Below, piece by piece: positions 41,034-55,735 of a DNA stretch of 64,000 nt. The position numbers and the translations under genes are program-made. Positions within the stretch are counted from its first letter, which is position 1, and each line of letters opens with the position of its first letter. Source of the DNA: the human T2T-CHM13v2.0 reference genome, Homo sapiens; assembly GCF_009914755.1 (NCBI RefSeq), contig NC_060937.1. One strand, written 5' to 3'. Under the pieces are notes generated by a model. It was not told the origin of the DNA. It did not search any database and saw only the letters and a program-made list of their open reading frames with translations.

Positions 41034-43889
41034 TTCTTTGTTAGATGTGTAAATATGTTAATTTAATTAATTTTCATGAGGTTCTAAATTGATTTCATAC
41101 ATCAGGGAAAATTAACTTAAACATTAAAGATTGTTAGAGGTCATGAATGTTGAAATAAGAATAAAAATGTCCAAGTTTCAAAGGCTGTATCTTCTCTATT
41201 ATGCATGTCAAATTTGTAGGTTCTTCTCAAGAACTCAATGAAGATATAGTGTATAGGGAGGGTTTTGAATAGGTGGCAGTGACAAATTAAGTGTCTAAGG
41301 AAAAGTAGGGCTGTCTAAAAGAAGAGGAGCACTTTGATTAGCACGTACAGAGACATAAAAAATGGTTGAAAGAAGGAGAAAATGTTATCTTATGTACAAC
41401 TCCATTTTATAGCTCAGGGATGCTTTGATAATTACAGAGTTCCAGAGGGAATTAAATAAAACATTTAATTCACATAAAAGAAAATTAAGGAATAACACAA
41501 TAAAGTGTGGATTCTTAGGGGAAGCTAGAAGGAATTATTGATGTACAGAAAAACTAAGAAAACAAGTGAGAGATTTTAGAAGGAAAGAAGCATAATGTGC
41601 TCCATGCATTCTTCACCATGTAATTTTCATGGAGTCTGAATTTAAGTTAAATGTGTAACTGACATGTAAAGAAAACTAACAAAGATGCCTATTAATCTGA
41701 GCACACAGTAATCTATCTCTTATACATACATAATTTTTTAAATGGCATACTTCCTTTCAAATACAGCTAACTTGTTTAAAATATTGACATATCTGTATGC
41801 CATATTAGATGAAATATATATTCATAATATTCAGCACCAATATTAATATAAATGAATTCTAGTACAATTTAACTTTTATTTCATGCACATGTAGATATCT
41901 TAAAACAGTATATCTATTTTAAATCTATTAATGTACAAAATATGTAAATCTATATTTATTTCTCTGTCAATTCTACACCAGTAATCATATCAAATATTTG
42001 TAAATCATGAGACTAAACATAATGTAAGTATAATGGTGAAGAATATCTTTATATTATAATTATAAGAAGTTTAGTTCCATAAGTGAGATAGAATTATTGG
42101 AACTATTTTGTTTTTATGTGCAATAACTTTGCTTGAATGAAATATCATTCCGGATTCTACTATCAGTTTAAACCGGACAACACCTTTTATTTAGTCACAG
42201 AGACTGTATTTTGAAATGCAAAAGTTTCAAATGAATTGCCACTGAGATATCTGTCCCAATATTGGAAGGTAGATAGAGTAGGAATGAAGTTAAGAAAGGA
42301 CAATGCGTTTTCTCAAATTCTCCTGGTTTTCATGCTTTAATATTGTGATTGTCAGTTATATAAAGATTATTTTCTTTATGGTTGCTCTAAATTCCAATTC
42401 CTGTTACATAATATTATATAAATGGTCTACAGAATATCCTAATAGCTTTGCATAAAATACAAATTGTTTTCCACTTCAACACATTCTAAGAAATTAGGAA
42501 ATAATCTACAGTTCATGCATATACATACACACACAGATACATATACATGTATTATCTATTTATAATGCTAATAAATTAAATAATATTTGTATTTAAACAT
42601 CTTATTTTATATATTAAATTATATATAATATAGATATATATGTGTATATACATTCTAGATTCCTTAGAAAACTAGTAGCAACATATTGATAAAGCATCTT
42701 TATCCTTTATATGTAGATCTATTAATAGAAGTAACCATACAGGCCCATTTCTGACAAGTTACGTGTTCAACACTTTTGGCCAAATAATTATTTCAAAGAG
42801 TGAACATTTATGTTTTATGATATTTGTACTTGTCATTGAAAGAGATTTTATGATTATAATGTTGAAATTATTTGTAAAATGACAAAGTTAACAAGAATAA
42901 TAACTATAAAATTGTTCTTAAAATAATGGGGTTAATCTGAACATTGAAATTGTTAATATAACATTTAACAAATTATTAAAAGTTGATGATGTTTTAATAA
43001 TGGTGAATTAACATGGAGTTCTTGTCACCCCTGCTCATGAATACAGAAACTCAGTCTTTCTTCTTCACAGGTCAACTGGTTTTGACTTTAGTGCTGACCT
43101 ATAGTGGGTGTTTTCGGTTAACTGTTTTCTAGGTATTTTTTTTTTTTAATGGTATTGTAAAAGAATGCCTTAAAATCAACACCAGAATGAACTTCCTACC
43201 CTCTCAAAAAGATTGACATAGAAAATATGTCAATAGAAAATGAAGTCGCATGTCTGTTAAATTTTACAAATGACTCCTTTCTTCAACTAAATAATTTTAG
43301 ATTTTGAGTCACTTCATAATTTTAAGGCTCAACATTTTGATCTCATATATAGATCTAATTTTCTTCCAGAAAATTTTATATATCTTAATATAGAAAACTA
43401 AACCAATAAAATGAATATTTGATTGTATAATTGAACAAGCAGAGAACCTATGAACTTGCCAAATATATACTTTCTATCTCATTAGAATTAGTTACTGGAA
43501 ATGTCTTGATATTAACTTAAGAATAAGTTGATGTGTATTAATGTGAGAATATATGTGTGCACTCAATATTTTTTCCTATTAGAAAGAAAAAGAAGATATA
43601 AATTCTGTAATTACATTTTTTTCTCAAAATTGTTGCAGTGAATTGCAACAGTTTCAACTGCCACCTCTTTTTGCAAGGAAAAAGTATCTCTCTCTCTCTC
43701 TCTCTCTTTCTAGAGACAGAAATTATCACTGGATTTCTTAGTAGTCAGGTGAAGATGCTATTAAACTTGATAATCATATTGGAGCATTTATGACTAATGT
43801 AAAATGCAGAAAATACACAAAGGAGTAAAGCATGATATTTGACATGAAGTAGCTTATAAATGCATAATAATTAGTCAAGTATACCATAA

Positions 43890-44660
43890 CCATAATGTTA
43901 TGTGAAGGGAGATAAATTCCAAAATATACTTAAAACATAATGATTGTTCAGAAGGCAAGGAAGTTATGTGCAGGTAATAATCAAAAAAGAATAAAGGAGG
44001 ACACAAAGGTTGATAGGAGCATTGAAAATTAAACAGTCTCCATAGTGAGAGATGAAGGAGAATACATGTAGGCAGAGAGGACACCATATGTGAGGAGTAA
44101 GAACACATGTTGGGTATATTCAATAATCAATAAATAGTTCACTTTGGCTGTGGTGCACGACTTGTATAAGGGATGCTGGGATAAAATCCTGGAAAGAAAA
44201 GTTGGATTCATATTGTTTTTTCAGACTTTGATGTTCTTAAATATATATATATATATTACAAGATATTTAGAGCCTTTCATCTCATTGGTGAGCAAACTGT
44301 TACACAAAATAGTTACTGCCTTGACCAAGATTACCCAAGGAATTAAAAAATGAGATTAGAACATTAGAAAATGGATATCGTTACCCCCAAGTTTATTACT
44401 TTATTAATACCTTCATCCTCATCTACCAGAGCCCTACCTAGGTTTGAATTCCACTCTCAATTACTAATTAGTTGGCCTTCAGATTTTTATTTAACCTCTG
44501 TTGGCTCCACTTCTCTCATTTCTGAAGTAAGGTTATCAATAATACCTATTTTATATAATTATGAATATTGAATGAAGTAATACATATGAAAAGGTTAGAA
44601 CAAGCAAGCATTGGTTAGAACACAGCAAGCATTCAGTAAAATGCTATTACGTTATTTTAT
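43890..44660. mobile_element. L2 (minus) and MIR (plus, ~44430-44660) fragments
   Basis: CCTAGGTTTGAATTCCACTCT ... TTAACCTCTGT ... AATAATACCTA. Confidence 0.5.
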
Positions 44661-45009
44661 TAATAGTATCCTCTTAAAAGAGGTGATGCATGTGTTTGCG
44701 GTGTAAATTGTGGCAATGGTTTACTTATCTCTATTTGTATAGATTAAATACGTACAGTTTTGTATGTCAATCAAACTTCAATAAGTTGTTTTTTAAAAAT
44801 ATTTTTTAAATTAAAAAGTAATATTCCTGTTCTGCAGACACAGACTCTCACAAAAGCCAAAATATTGGTGCATTTATGTTGAGCAAAAGTGTTGGTATTT
44901 TATCCAGAAGAGTAGTTATAATGCATCAACCATTAATTTATTCATTTATTAAGTATTTGTTTGGATCCTATAATCTGACTGCCTACCTATCATGTTAAAA
45001 TCAGTGCAT

Positions 45010-45280
45010 CATAAAAGAGAGAAAAAGAAACAAGTAAAATTAATTTTAAAATTAATAACATGTTATTTAACTCATTATATCCCAAATATTATTTCCACAT
45101 GTAGTCATTGTCAAAATCACTGATGAAATATTTTACATTTTTACATTATTTATTGTATTAAATATTCGAAATCTGATGTGTATTTTATACTTATAGCACA
45201 GCTGAAATCTGAATGGCCACATTTCAAGTGCTCATGGCCACTTATGGCTATTGCTTAGAGAATTAGATAGTATAGACAGT
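45010..45280. mobile_element. MER33-like hAT-Charlie MITE
   Basis: GAAATCTGATGTGTATTTTATACTTATAGCACA ... GCCACATTTCAAGTGCTCA. Confidence 0.75.
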
Positions 45281-47357
45281 GCAAGATTATTGCTCTCTGC
45301 ACAAGGAGATATACTGCTTAGTGTTTATGAGCATAGATTCTGCAGCCAGAGTTACTGTCAGGTTAATTTCAAATCTCACTGTTGTTACAAGATTTAAAAA
45401 CTATGTAATTTTGGATAAGTTACTTGGTGTCCTGTTCTCAATTTGGCCATATTACAATGAGGCTTATAAATCTCCAAAAAGATCACAATATAATGAGGAT
45501 TAAATTAGCAAACGCATGTAATATTCTTAAAACTGTTCAATAATCTTTCTGAGTTCCTATCTTTGATCATAGGTTAAAAAATAAACATGAACTGTTTGTT
45601 TTGAATTCAAATATGATTTATCTCACCCTCCTTCATTTTAAAGACAAAGCTTCCCCTTTCAAATTACAGACATTCTATTTAAATGGTATGCTAGCTTCTT
45701 TTGTGATAAACATTAGTTTTGTGTTTCTCAGGCTAATATTTTGTAAAAGAAACTGCTAAACTTTAGGTTAAGCTATTTCATTGTAGAACAGTGTGTCAGA
45801 CTTTGTGAAGAAATATGTAGAGAACAAATAAGGTCATTTGCAGAGCAAGCTGTGACATAGAGAATGGCCAATCATTATGATCTTTAACTTCTAATCACAT
45901 TATATCAAATAAAATATTATCTACAATAAATAATCTTTAAGGAAAACTATGCAGTCTATTTTTCCTATATATTCAAAAATCTACTCAGGATTAAGCTATG
46001 CAATCAGAGAGCTATATAAATAGGAAGTATTCAATTTGTTCCTCAGAGCATTGTTTCAGTATGATGTCATTACTCACAATAAGTAACAATCTAATTGTTC
46101 TAAATTCACCTGTGTGTAGACTGTAATACTATCTGTTAAAATGTTATCTTAATTTCATTATTCAGGATTTGTTTTATGAGAATTCCTGAGTGGATTCCAC
46201 ATATTAGAAATATTTGTGTTTGTCCTAAGGATTTGCCTGTATTTCACAAACAGTACATATTACTTAACATAGAGATTTCCCATTCACATTAGTGACAAGA
46301 AAACTTGATGTCAAAATTTGGTTTTGGCCTTAGTGATTGCATGGAAATTTTACATATACATTTTGACTTAAACTCCATTTTAAATCCTTAGTTCTGTCCC
46401 CCCTTTATTTTATCCTTTACATTCTGTTCTGATTTGCTATGTTGAGGCATTTCATTTATCTCTGTAATCTACCTCAAGACCTTTTTGTAAGGATAAAAAT
46501 AAAATGAAATAAATTGAGAAGATACAAAAGGAAGGAAGCAGAAGAAATGAAGTCAGAAAGAAATATAATACAGAATCATACATCTGAGTGCTGAAAGGTG
46601 CAAGAAAACAGTGCAAAAACTGAAACTGCATCTGATTTTGCCATATGGTAATGGTAAGATGGTATAAGGCATACATTTTTAGCCACCTTAGCCAATACCT
46701 GAAAATACTTATTCCCATCCTTATTTCTTTCCCTCTTCTCTAGAAGATAGTAGATATCTTTTCTTATTTGATCAGTTCTATGAGAGTAAAAACCTTTAAT
46801 CATACTTTGGATAACATTCCTTATAAATATGCTTAGTCAATTATTTGAAAATTTCATCACTGAGTAATTCCCATGAGCTTACAAATGAGCTCAAGTCTGT
46901 GCCATTTAAATAATAGAAAATTTTAAAACTGTTCTCAAGCAAACCTCACTTCCTTACTATCTTCCTGTTCATCACGTTCCTATGCTGTTTTGTTATTGTT
47001 ACATCTTCATACCCCACTCACTCATTTCTTCATATTATTATTTCTACCTGCAGCACAATACTGGCTTCCTTACTGGCCATGGCAGTGGACTTTTCAAATT
47101 GTCCCTTACTTGATCTCTCTTTAGCATATCTATAATTCTCTGCCTCTTATTAAACTTGTTTCATTAATCTCTATGATTCTATTCTTCCTTTCTTCTTTTA
47201 ACTCTCAGACATTTTAGTCCTGTGTGATTCTTGTTGCCATTTCAAAATTCTTGTTCTTTCAATTCCTTCATGATTTTGTGTTTTCATTGGACATACTTGC
47301 TTTAGAAAATTTAATAGCCACCCCATGTTTTGAATCTACAGTTTTATTATTACCATT

Positions 47358-47722
47358 AGTTGTGATCTGAACATTTGCGCCCCCTCAAATTCTTATGTTC
47401 AAGGCTAATCACCAACGTGATAGTATTAAGCGGTGATGGTCTTTGGGAGGTGATAAGATGATGTGGGTGCAACTCTCATGAAGCGGATTAGTTCTCTTAT
47501 AAAAGAGGACCCAGAGAGCTGCTTACTTTGTCTCTCAAATCATATGAGGACACAGCTGGGAGGTGCCATCTATGGACTGCAGAGGAGGCCCTTATCAGAC
47601 TCTAAGTCTGTCAGTGTCTTGATCTGGACTTGCAGCCTCCACAACTGTGAGAAATAAACTTATGTAGCTTATAAGCAACCTACTTTATGGCATTTTGTTA
47701 TATTAGCTCAAATGGGGTAAGA
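47358..47722 (+). mobile_element. MLT1A/MSTD-like solo LTR
   Basis: GGATTAGTTCTCTTATAAAAGAG, GGACTTGCAGCCTCCACAACTGTGAGAAATAAA. Confidence 0.85.
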
Positions 47723-47735
47723 TTGTCTTCAGTAA

Positions 47736-48124
<389 letters not shown>

Positions 48125-48299
48125 CCTGTTGAGATTTCTACAAGCACTACAATCTCTACAAATTCAAATTTAACTCACTACTTTCTCCAAAAAGTCCACA
48201 GGGATAATACAAATAAAAATTAACACTACCACTAATAAATACTAGATGAGTCCTGGATAATAGATTAATAATAAATTATTGATATTTAACATATATAAT

Positions 48300-49110
48300 T
48301 AAAAGTAATTAATTTAATATATAACTAATAAACTCTATCATCATAAAACTATAAGACAGTAAATATTTTTTCCCCGTTTTACAGACAAAAAGTAGAGGTG
48401 TAAGTGAATTGAATACATCGCTCAAGATACACAGATGTTCTGAGCAGTAGAGGGAGCATTTGAATCTAGGCAGTCTGACAGGACATGCTCTTAATAATTA
48501 CTCTATACTGCGTCTTTTTTTTTTAAGTATTTAAGCTTGAAAACACACAAATACTCATTGTTATTATAATGGAAATATTAACACTTTAATGGTCTAATTG
48601 GATATATGGTATAGGTATTTTTATTGTCCTAATTTTACAGACAAGACTGCTGAATTGCAGAGAGATTGAATAATTTGCCCCAAATCCAGCCCTAGGTTAT
48701 CTTATTCAAATTCCATCTGTTTCCATTACTTCTATTTCATTTGCAATAGTTGTTAACCATTCATCTACTCATTCATATATCTATTCAACTCAAACATACG
48801 GGTAATGTTTGGTGCCTCTTGGATAATTTATGGTCATGAAAAATACAGTCAGGGTTTTTCCCTCCATTCTGGCTTACATTCTAGTAAAGGGATACAATAT
48901 AAAATTTGACAAAGATAAAAATAGAATAGTTTAAGGCGGTAATGGTGTCAATAAAGGGAAAATTGAATAATTTAAATTAGAAATGAGTTCTACAAAAGAA
49001 AATGTTGGAGCATGATTTGGAGAGAACACGGACTGGTAGTTTAGGAAAAACTTCTGTGAGAATGTAACATTTGTTTAACAGATGAATGATGAGAACTAGA
49101 AATTTGAATG
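48300..49110 (-). mobile_element. Two MIR fragments and an L2 3' fragment
   Basis: TTTTACAGA motif twice, ATTTGAATCTAGGCAGTCTGAC; CATTCATCTACTCATTCA..TTCAAC. Confidence 0.5.
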
Positions 49111-49689
49111 GCTAGCCAACATTAACAAATTCATTATTTAAAATTTAACTTTCAGTGAGGTTTTTGGTTATTATTATGATTCAATTTTAAAGGTGTTAAA
49201 GTTAATATGTGTTTTGCTAGAACACACTTGACTTTTAATACATTTCTTCTGAGACGCTAGAATGAACAAATCTAATGAATCATAAGACAATATAATTTGT
49301 TAAATTAGTTTATGTTAAAGTAGGCTTTATTTTTATCTCTTGAAACATGAATTTTGGGGGACATATTCAAACAATAGCACATTCCATTTCTTCCCTCCTC
49401 TAAATAAATTTAATATTTGTTTCAGATAAAACATCTCAAGCTTTGAATTTGGGGATGACCACCCTCAGTTTTTGATACTCATCTATAATTCAACCAAGTT
49501 GGAGAAAAAATTTCCCAGAACACAAGTATCTGTCCTAAGTTTGATGCAAATTATCAGTAAAGTATAACGGAGTCTACCATTTTATTGGGTACATGAGAAA
49601 CAAATAAATCTTTTATTTTACTCATGAGAAAAAGATGAAAATAAACTTTACAGCACCTTGCAAAAAAAAATAAAAAGTATGATTCATGC

Positions 49690-50062
49690 TACATTAGTTC
49701 ATTTTGTTCTGCTGCATCAGAAATATGAGACTGGGTAATGTTTAATGAACACACATTTATTTGGCTCATAGTTCTAGAAATTGGGAAGTCCAAGAACATG
49801 ACACTGCCATCTGGTAAGGGTCTTCTTTCTATGTCACAAAATGGCAGAAAGCATAACATGAGTAAGAGAGATAATTGCATGAGAGGAAGCAAGAGATTGA
49901 ACTAGAAGCCTCAAGTGCTTTTATAATCTGCATTAATTCATCCATGAGGGTGGACCCCTTATGACCTAAACACCTCCCATTAGGCTTCACTTCTTAATAC
50001 TATTGTATTGGGAATTGAATTTCCAACACATGAATTTGAGGGAACATATTCAAACCATAGCA
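49690..50062 (-). mobile_element. MST(C/D)-like solo LTR
   Basis: GAGACTGGGTAAT..TTTATTTGGCTCATAGTTCT ... CATATTCAAACCATAGCA. Confidence 0.85.
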
Positions 50063-50191
50063 CTCTCCATTTCCTGCTTCCTTTAAACACATAAGATATT
50101 CTTAGCATGCCTTGGTAACATGTCTTATGGTGTCACTCAGTGTGTAGGACATATAATGATTAGTTAAGTCTATGAAAATGGAGAAGATGGC

Positions 50192-50555
50192 TGTATTAGT
50201 CTGTTCTCATGCTGGTAATAAAGACATACCTGAGACTGGATAATTTATAAAGGAAAGAGTTTTAATTGACTCACAGTTCCATATGGCTGGGGAGGCCTCA
50301 CAATCATGACTGAGGGTGAATGAGGATCACAGTCACATCTTACATGGCATCAGGGAAGACAGTGGGTGAAGGGGAATTCCGCTTTATAAAACCATCAGAT
50401 CATGTGAGACTTATTCACTATCAGGAGAACAGCACAGGAAATACCTGCCCCCATGATTTAATTACCTCCCACCAAGTCCCTCCCACAACACGTGAGAATT
50501 ATGGGAGCTACAATTCAAGGTGAGATTGGGATGGGAACACAGCCAAACCACATCA
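50192..50555 (-). mobile_element. THE1 (C-like) solo LTR
   Basis: TGTATTAGTCTGTTCTCATGCT ... ACACAGCCAAACCACATCA; 5-bp TSD ATGGC/ATGGT. Confidence 0.93.
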
Positions 50556-51853
50556 ATGGTCAAAAGAAAGAAAAATGTTTTCAACAATTTCTGCTACTGA
50601 ATTCCCTGAAGATCTTAATTAAGAGAATTATTTATTTCCTTTGGTACTATGGTAATATAGGTATAGTAATAGCTAATGAGTTATCAATCAGAAACTAATT
50701 TAAAATGTCATTGATGTAAGAGAATTAAGGTAATAGCTTGTAGCTAGTGGTAACTAAGAGTTTTTATTTTAAATAATTTTTGACTACATTAGTACTAATT
50801 ACTGGGTTAATAATTAATATGTTTAGGCAAATGGCTAATGAAATGGTATACTAGATTTAGAATGAAAAGACACTTTGGCAATATCACAGATTAAGATAAT
50901 TTTTGCCAAAAAGGAAAACAAATAGTGATACCTCTGTTATTTATCTCAGAAGTTCTTTGTAAAGAAAAAATGAGATATGTCAAAGTTTTGGTTATCATTA
51001 ACTCACCATATAAATCGAAGGAAGTGTTACCCTTATTTAGACAGGGATGGTTATAATTTTATGTCATATTAATGCCTTTATTTCCATTGAATATGATTTC
51101 CAGGTGCTTAGAAAAAATTTCAAGAGCTGAACTAAGAAGTCCTTGCAGTATGTGTGTGAAAGTTGAATAATATTGACAACACCGTATTTAGATTCATTAT
51201 TTATAGAACTTTCAATTTATTTATGGTAACAAGGGCTCTCATACATCTATTCCTGTATCTATTTTGTCCTAGTTTTCCCTTCCTTAATATTATGGTTAGG
51301 GTAGACAAAAGCTTATAACAAGCATAATCATAAACATTTTGCCAAATCATTTATTCAGAATAAGTTTTTCTATAACAAAAGGAGTTTTTAATACATCTCC
51401 TTTGGTCATATGTCCAAAGGTCATATCACACTGTAGGAGGGAACCAATAAGATTCTATGAGGTATAGGAAAAAATTAGATCCAACATGTATATTTATTTT
51501 ATTATATATCTTTGAATTTATTTTATAAATATATTTTCTAATGTTTATATTAATAGATTGTAGTTTGCATGTAACATATAAATAATTAAATACATATTAG
51601 CTTGCATGCATTATTTTTTGTTGATGGGATATAATCAACAATCATAATCTTGGTTTCCAGCATGAGTATGGAATTTAAAAATTGTCAGTTTCCAACAACA
51701 AGAGTGATATCTCCCATGCCTAAATGATTAGGCGCAACAGCTAAACACTAAAAGTTCTAATGATAGTTAGACACAGTTCACTTGATGCTAAGAATCTTAC
51801 ATTCTTCTGGAGAAAACAGCCATATAAATTGGCAGTAAGAATATAAGTTAACA

Positions 51854-52266
<413 letters not shown>

Positions 52267-54847
52267 TTATAATTCAGCTAAGAAAACAGATGTAAGCTGG
52301 TGCTACAACTGGAAACAAAATATTTATGTTCACCCTAATGATATGGGAGCACATGCAAGCACCTCAGAATGAAAACAAGAGGAGAGTCAGGAAAAGTTCC
52401 AGGGAGGAAGTGACATCTATACTGCATTAAAAAGATACATTCATGTACAATCAATCAGGAAAATGTGAGTAGGAGAAGAGGAGGAGTGTGGCAGGATCCT
52501 GCCTCCAAACTTTCCATTGATAAACAGGTGCTATGACCTAAGAGAGCATCACCAGATCAGACAGCTACAATTCATGCAATGGAACTGCTATACCGTGGCC
52601 TTGAGTTTGACAGATGGCAGGTGGCATGGGGAAAGATGAATCTGGAAAGGCAAACACAGAGAAAACTGCTTTCCCAAATAGGGGATACAAAAAACTTCTG
52701 GCAGTGATCAAGCTATCTCGCCAAGGTCATACAGATCACAGGTAGTCAACTTGAAAATACAAGTTTATGTTTCTGAATGCCCAGGCTAAGAATCTATTTA
52801 CTATACTGTGAGAATCTTATTTCCCAATTCAATGACCCAAATAGCTGTGAAGAATAAAATATTGCATTTTATGTTAAAATTCTAAGGATTATTGTATAAA
52901 GTAGTCACTTGAGATTTATCTCATAAAAAGCATATGTTAATAGTTGTTCAAAGTACCTAGCCTGTGTATTAGAAAATGTCTTTTAGCTTTGAAGAAATAT
53001 TCAGCTAATCATACTGTTAAAATACTGTCATATCATTATCCATGTATCTATAGGCTTTATGTAGTTTAAAAAAATGAATACCTTAGATATTGATAAACTG
53101 TCTCCAGAGTTCTGCCAAGATTCCTAGAATTCCAAGGCTTGAAGTGGTCATTGATTACATCAATACCTTGGGGCATTCAGTTAAAACACTGCGGTAATTA
53201 ACCAAAGCAAGCTGTCGATGAAATCAGCTCTGATTAACTGGAGGGATGGTAGAAAGATAAAGCTTGGATTTAGACAAAAAATGTTATATAAAGTAGACGA
53301 ATTTGATAAAAATCACCTCGTTACCTTTTCTTCATAAAGTTTCGCCAACCTTTTGGCAACACTATCCCATCCACCTTATCTATGCCCAGTGCCATCCAAC
53401 TATCTGAACATCTCTCATGTGAACTGGAAGAACTCATACTGTAAGGATAGCTTATGTGTTTAAGTGATTTTTGTATTTCTGCACCCCTGGAGGTCGTATT
53501 TATAATGTTTAACACATCTGATATACTTTATAATATTAGTGTTGTAGAACAGGTGTCAAGGAGCTCTAGGCAAGTTTTTTTTATTTTTATCAGAGGTTTT
53601 CTGGAAGTAATACTGAAACACATTATTAAATTTTTGGTCCTACAATGGACTTTTTGACCTTTCAGATTCCAGGGTTCACCTTTACAATAATGGTCCATGA
53701 TTGGTTTATTTTGAATTCAATAATTATTGACTGGGTTTCTTCACTTGGTAACAAAGCAGATGTATTTTAACACCTAGATGTCACACAATGTTTTCAGTTT
53801 GCATTTCTTCCTCAATGATAAATAAAGAAACTGACTCTCTATGGGGGAGTTTCATGCAACGGATATGTCCCTATGAGGGCTATCTTTCTGGATAACTATC
53901 CATCCAAGAAAGTTTACCCAGTAGGGAATCTGGAAGGAAAAATCCTATGAGCTTTAAGTCATAGCTTTTAGCCATGTAATAACATGATATTTAATACAAA
54001 TGTTTTCCTATTACAAACACATTTAATAAGAGAAATAACAGAAACAAAACCTGCACCAGGAACCTTAGCTAGAAGCTTTCCCCATGGTACATCTCAAACC
54101 CCAATAAACAGTTGACTCTCCAGACTCTCAGAAGCCCACCATATGAGATCAACTGGCACGTATTGGTTTTGGGAAATTGTTAATGATATGTACACTTTTG
54201 AATGACAGGGATTAAATTCTGCGTGGGCATCTGGCAGTCCAGATAACTTCACTGCATTCTTTAACAGGCAATTAAGTGTTATTTGACTAAATATTTGTAT
54301 CTCCACATTTCTGGGAAAAAAAAGTCGTAGCTATTCTGATGTCTTCTATAGATTCGGAGAATTGAGAACTTGCCTAATGTCACATGGTCAGTATATAGTA
54401 GGGAAGAAACAAATTGTAAAACCCTAATCGCTTCTCTCTGTTAACATATCCTCCTGCTCTTTATTAGTAAAGAGCATTTTTTTGTGTACTGAAATTTCTA
54501 TTCCTGTTCATTTAGTTCAGGATGCCTAGATTCTATTGGAAGCTAGGCCATCAACAAGTTTTATGACTTTTGATATGTCTGTGGATGTCAGTTGCATCAT
54601 CTATAAAATATGGTGATTGAACTATGCGTCTCATTTACATCTAATAATTATTTGAATCTACAGTACTTCCTATTCCTTTCCTTCATTATGCTGGTTTCAA
54701 AATACCCCTATTAGCCTCTCAATTTTACTAGCAATCTACAGAAACACAGAGAAACCAGGAGCATCTTAAATAGCACTACAATGGGCTATCAGTATAATCC
54801 ATATCAGAAGAATGATACAAATTCTTCCTCAGATATTTTTCAAGGAA

Positions 54848-55013
54848 AAGAGAGAGAAAGGATATATAACAAATATATACATGCATACATATATACACAC
54901 ACATACATATACATCTATCTATATATAGATATCTATCTACATAGAGAGAGACAGATGTATATATGTATATATATATGTATATATATACAGAGAGAGAGGG
55001 AGGGAGAGAGAGA
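54848..55013. repeat. Compound (TA)/(CA)/(GA) microsatellite
   Basis: Seen directly. Confidence 0.9.
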
Positions 55014-55224
55014 ACATGTTAGAATAGGGAAAATATAGACTAAAATAAAAACAACAATACAAACTTGTGAAACAATCAGAAATATTTGAACTTGTTACTT
55101 GATAACGTTAAAGAATTAATGCTAATTTACAAGTTTGAAATGATTTTGTGCTTGCTTTTAAAAATAACTTTTTATCTTAGAGATCCTCACTAAAATACTT
55201 GTGGGTGAAATAATATGATGTAGG

Positions 55225-55735
55225 GTTTTGTTATAATTTTAGATTCTGGGGGTGCATATGCCTGATTATTACATGAGTATTATATGCTTAATGGTGGGGT
55301 TAAGCTTCTAGTGCACATGTCACCCACCCAAATATTGGACACTGTAGCCAACAAGCAATGTTTCAACCCTCCCTTCCCTCCCAACCTCCCCCCTTTGGAG
55401 TCCCCAGAGTAGATTTTCTCCATCTCCATGTCCATGTGTACCCTTTGTTTAACTCCCACTTATAAGTGAGAATATACAGTACTTGATTTCTTCTTCTGTG
55501 TTAGTTCAATTAGGATAATGGCCTCCTGCCGTATCCATATGGCTGCAAATGATGTGATTTTGTTCTTTTATTGTGGCTGCATAGTATTCATGGTGTATAT
55601 ATGTACCACATTTTTTATAACCAATAAGTTGTTGGTGAACCCTGTTGGTTCCATGACTTGCTAGTGTAAACAGTGCTGCCATAAACATATGAGTGTGGTT
55701 GTCCTTTTGATATAATGATTCCATTTCCTTTGGGA
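55225..55735 (-). mobile_element. L1PB 3' end
   Basis: CTCCCACTTATAAGTGAGAA, TTAGGATAATGGCCTCC, GGCTGCATAGTATTC. Confidence 0.85.

Noticed and set aside
43050-43140. Acceptor-like CTTTCTTCTTCACAG with a possible donor 60 nt downstream
   Set aside because: Weak donor (TAG|GTATTT) and no other support
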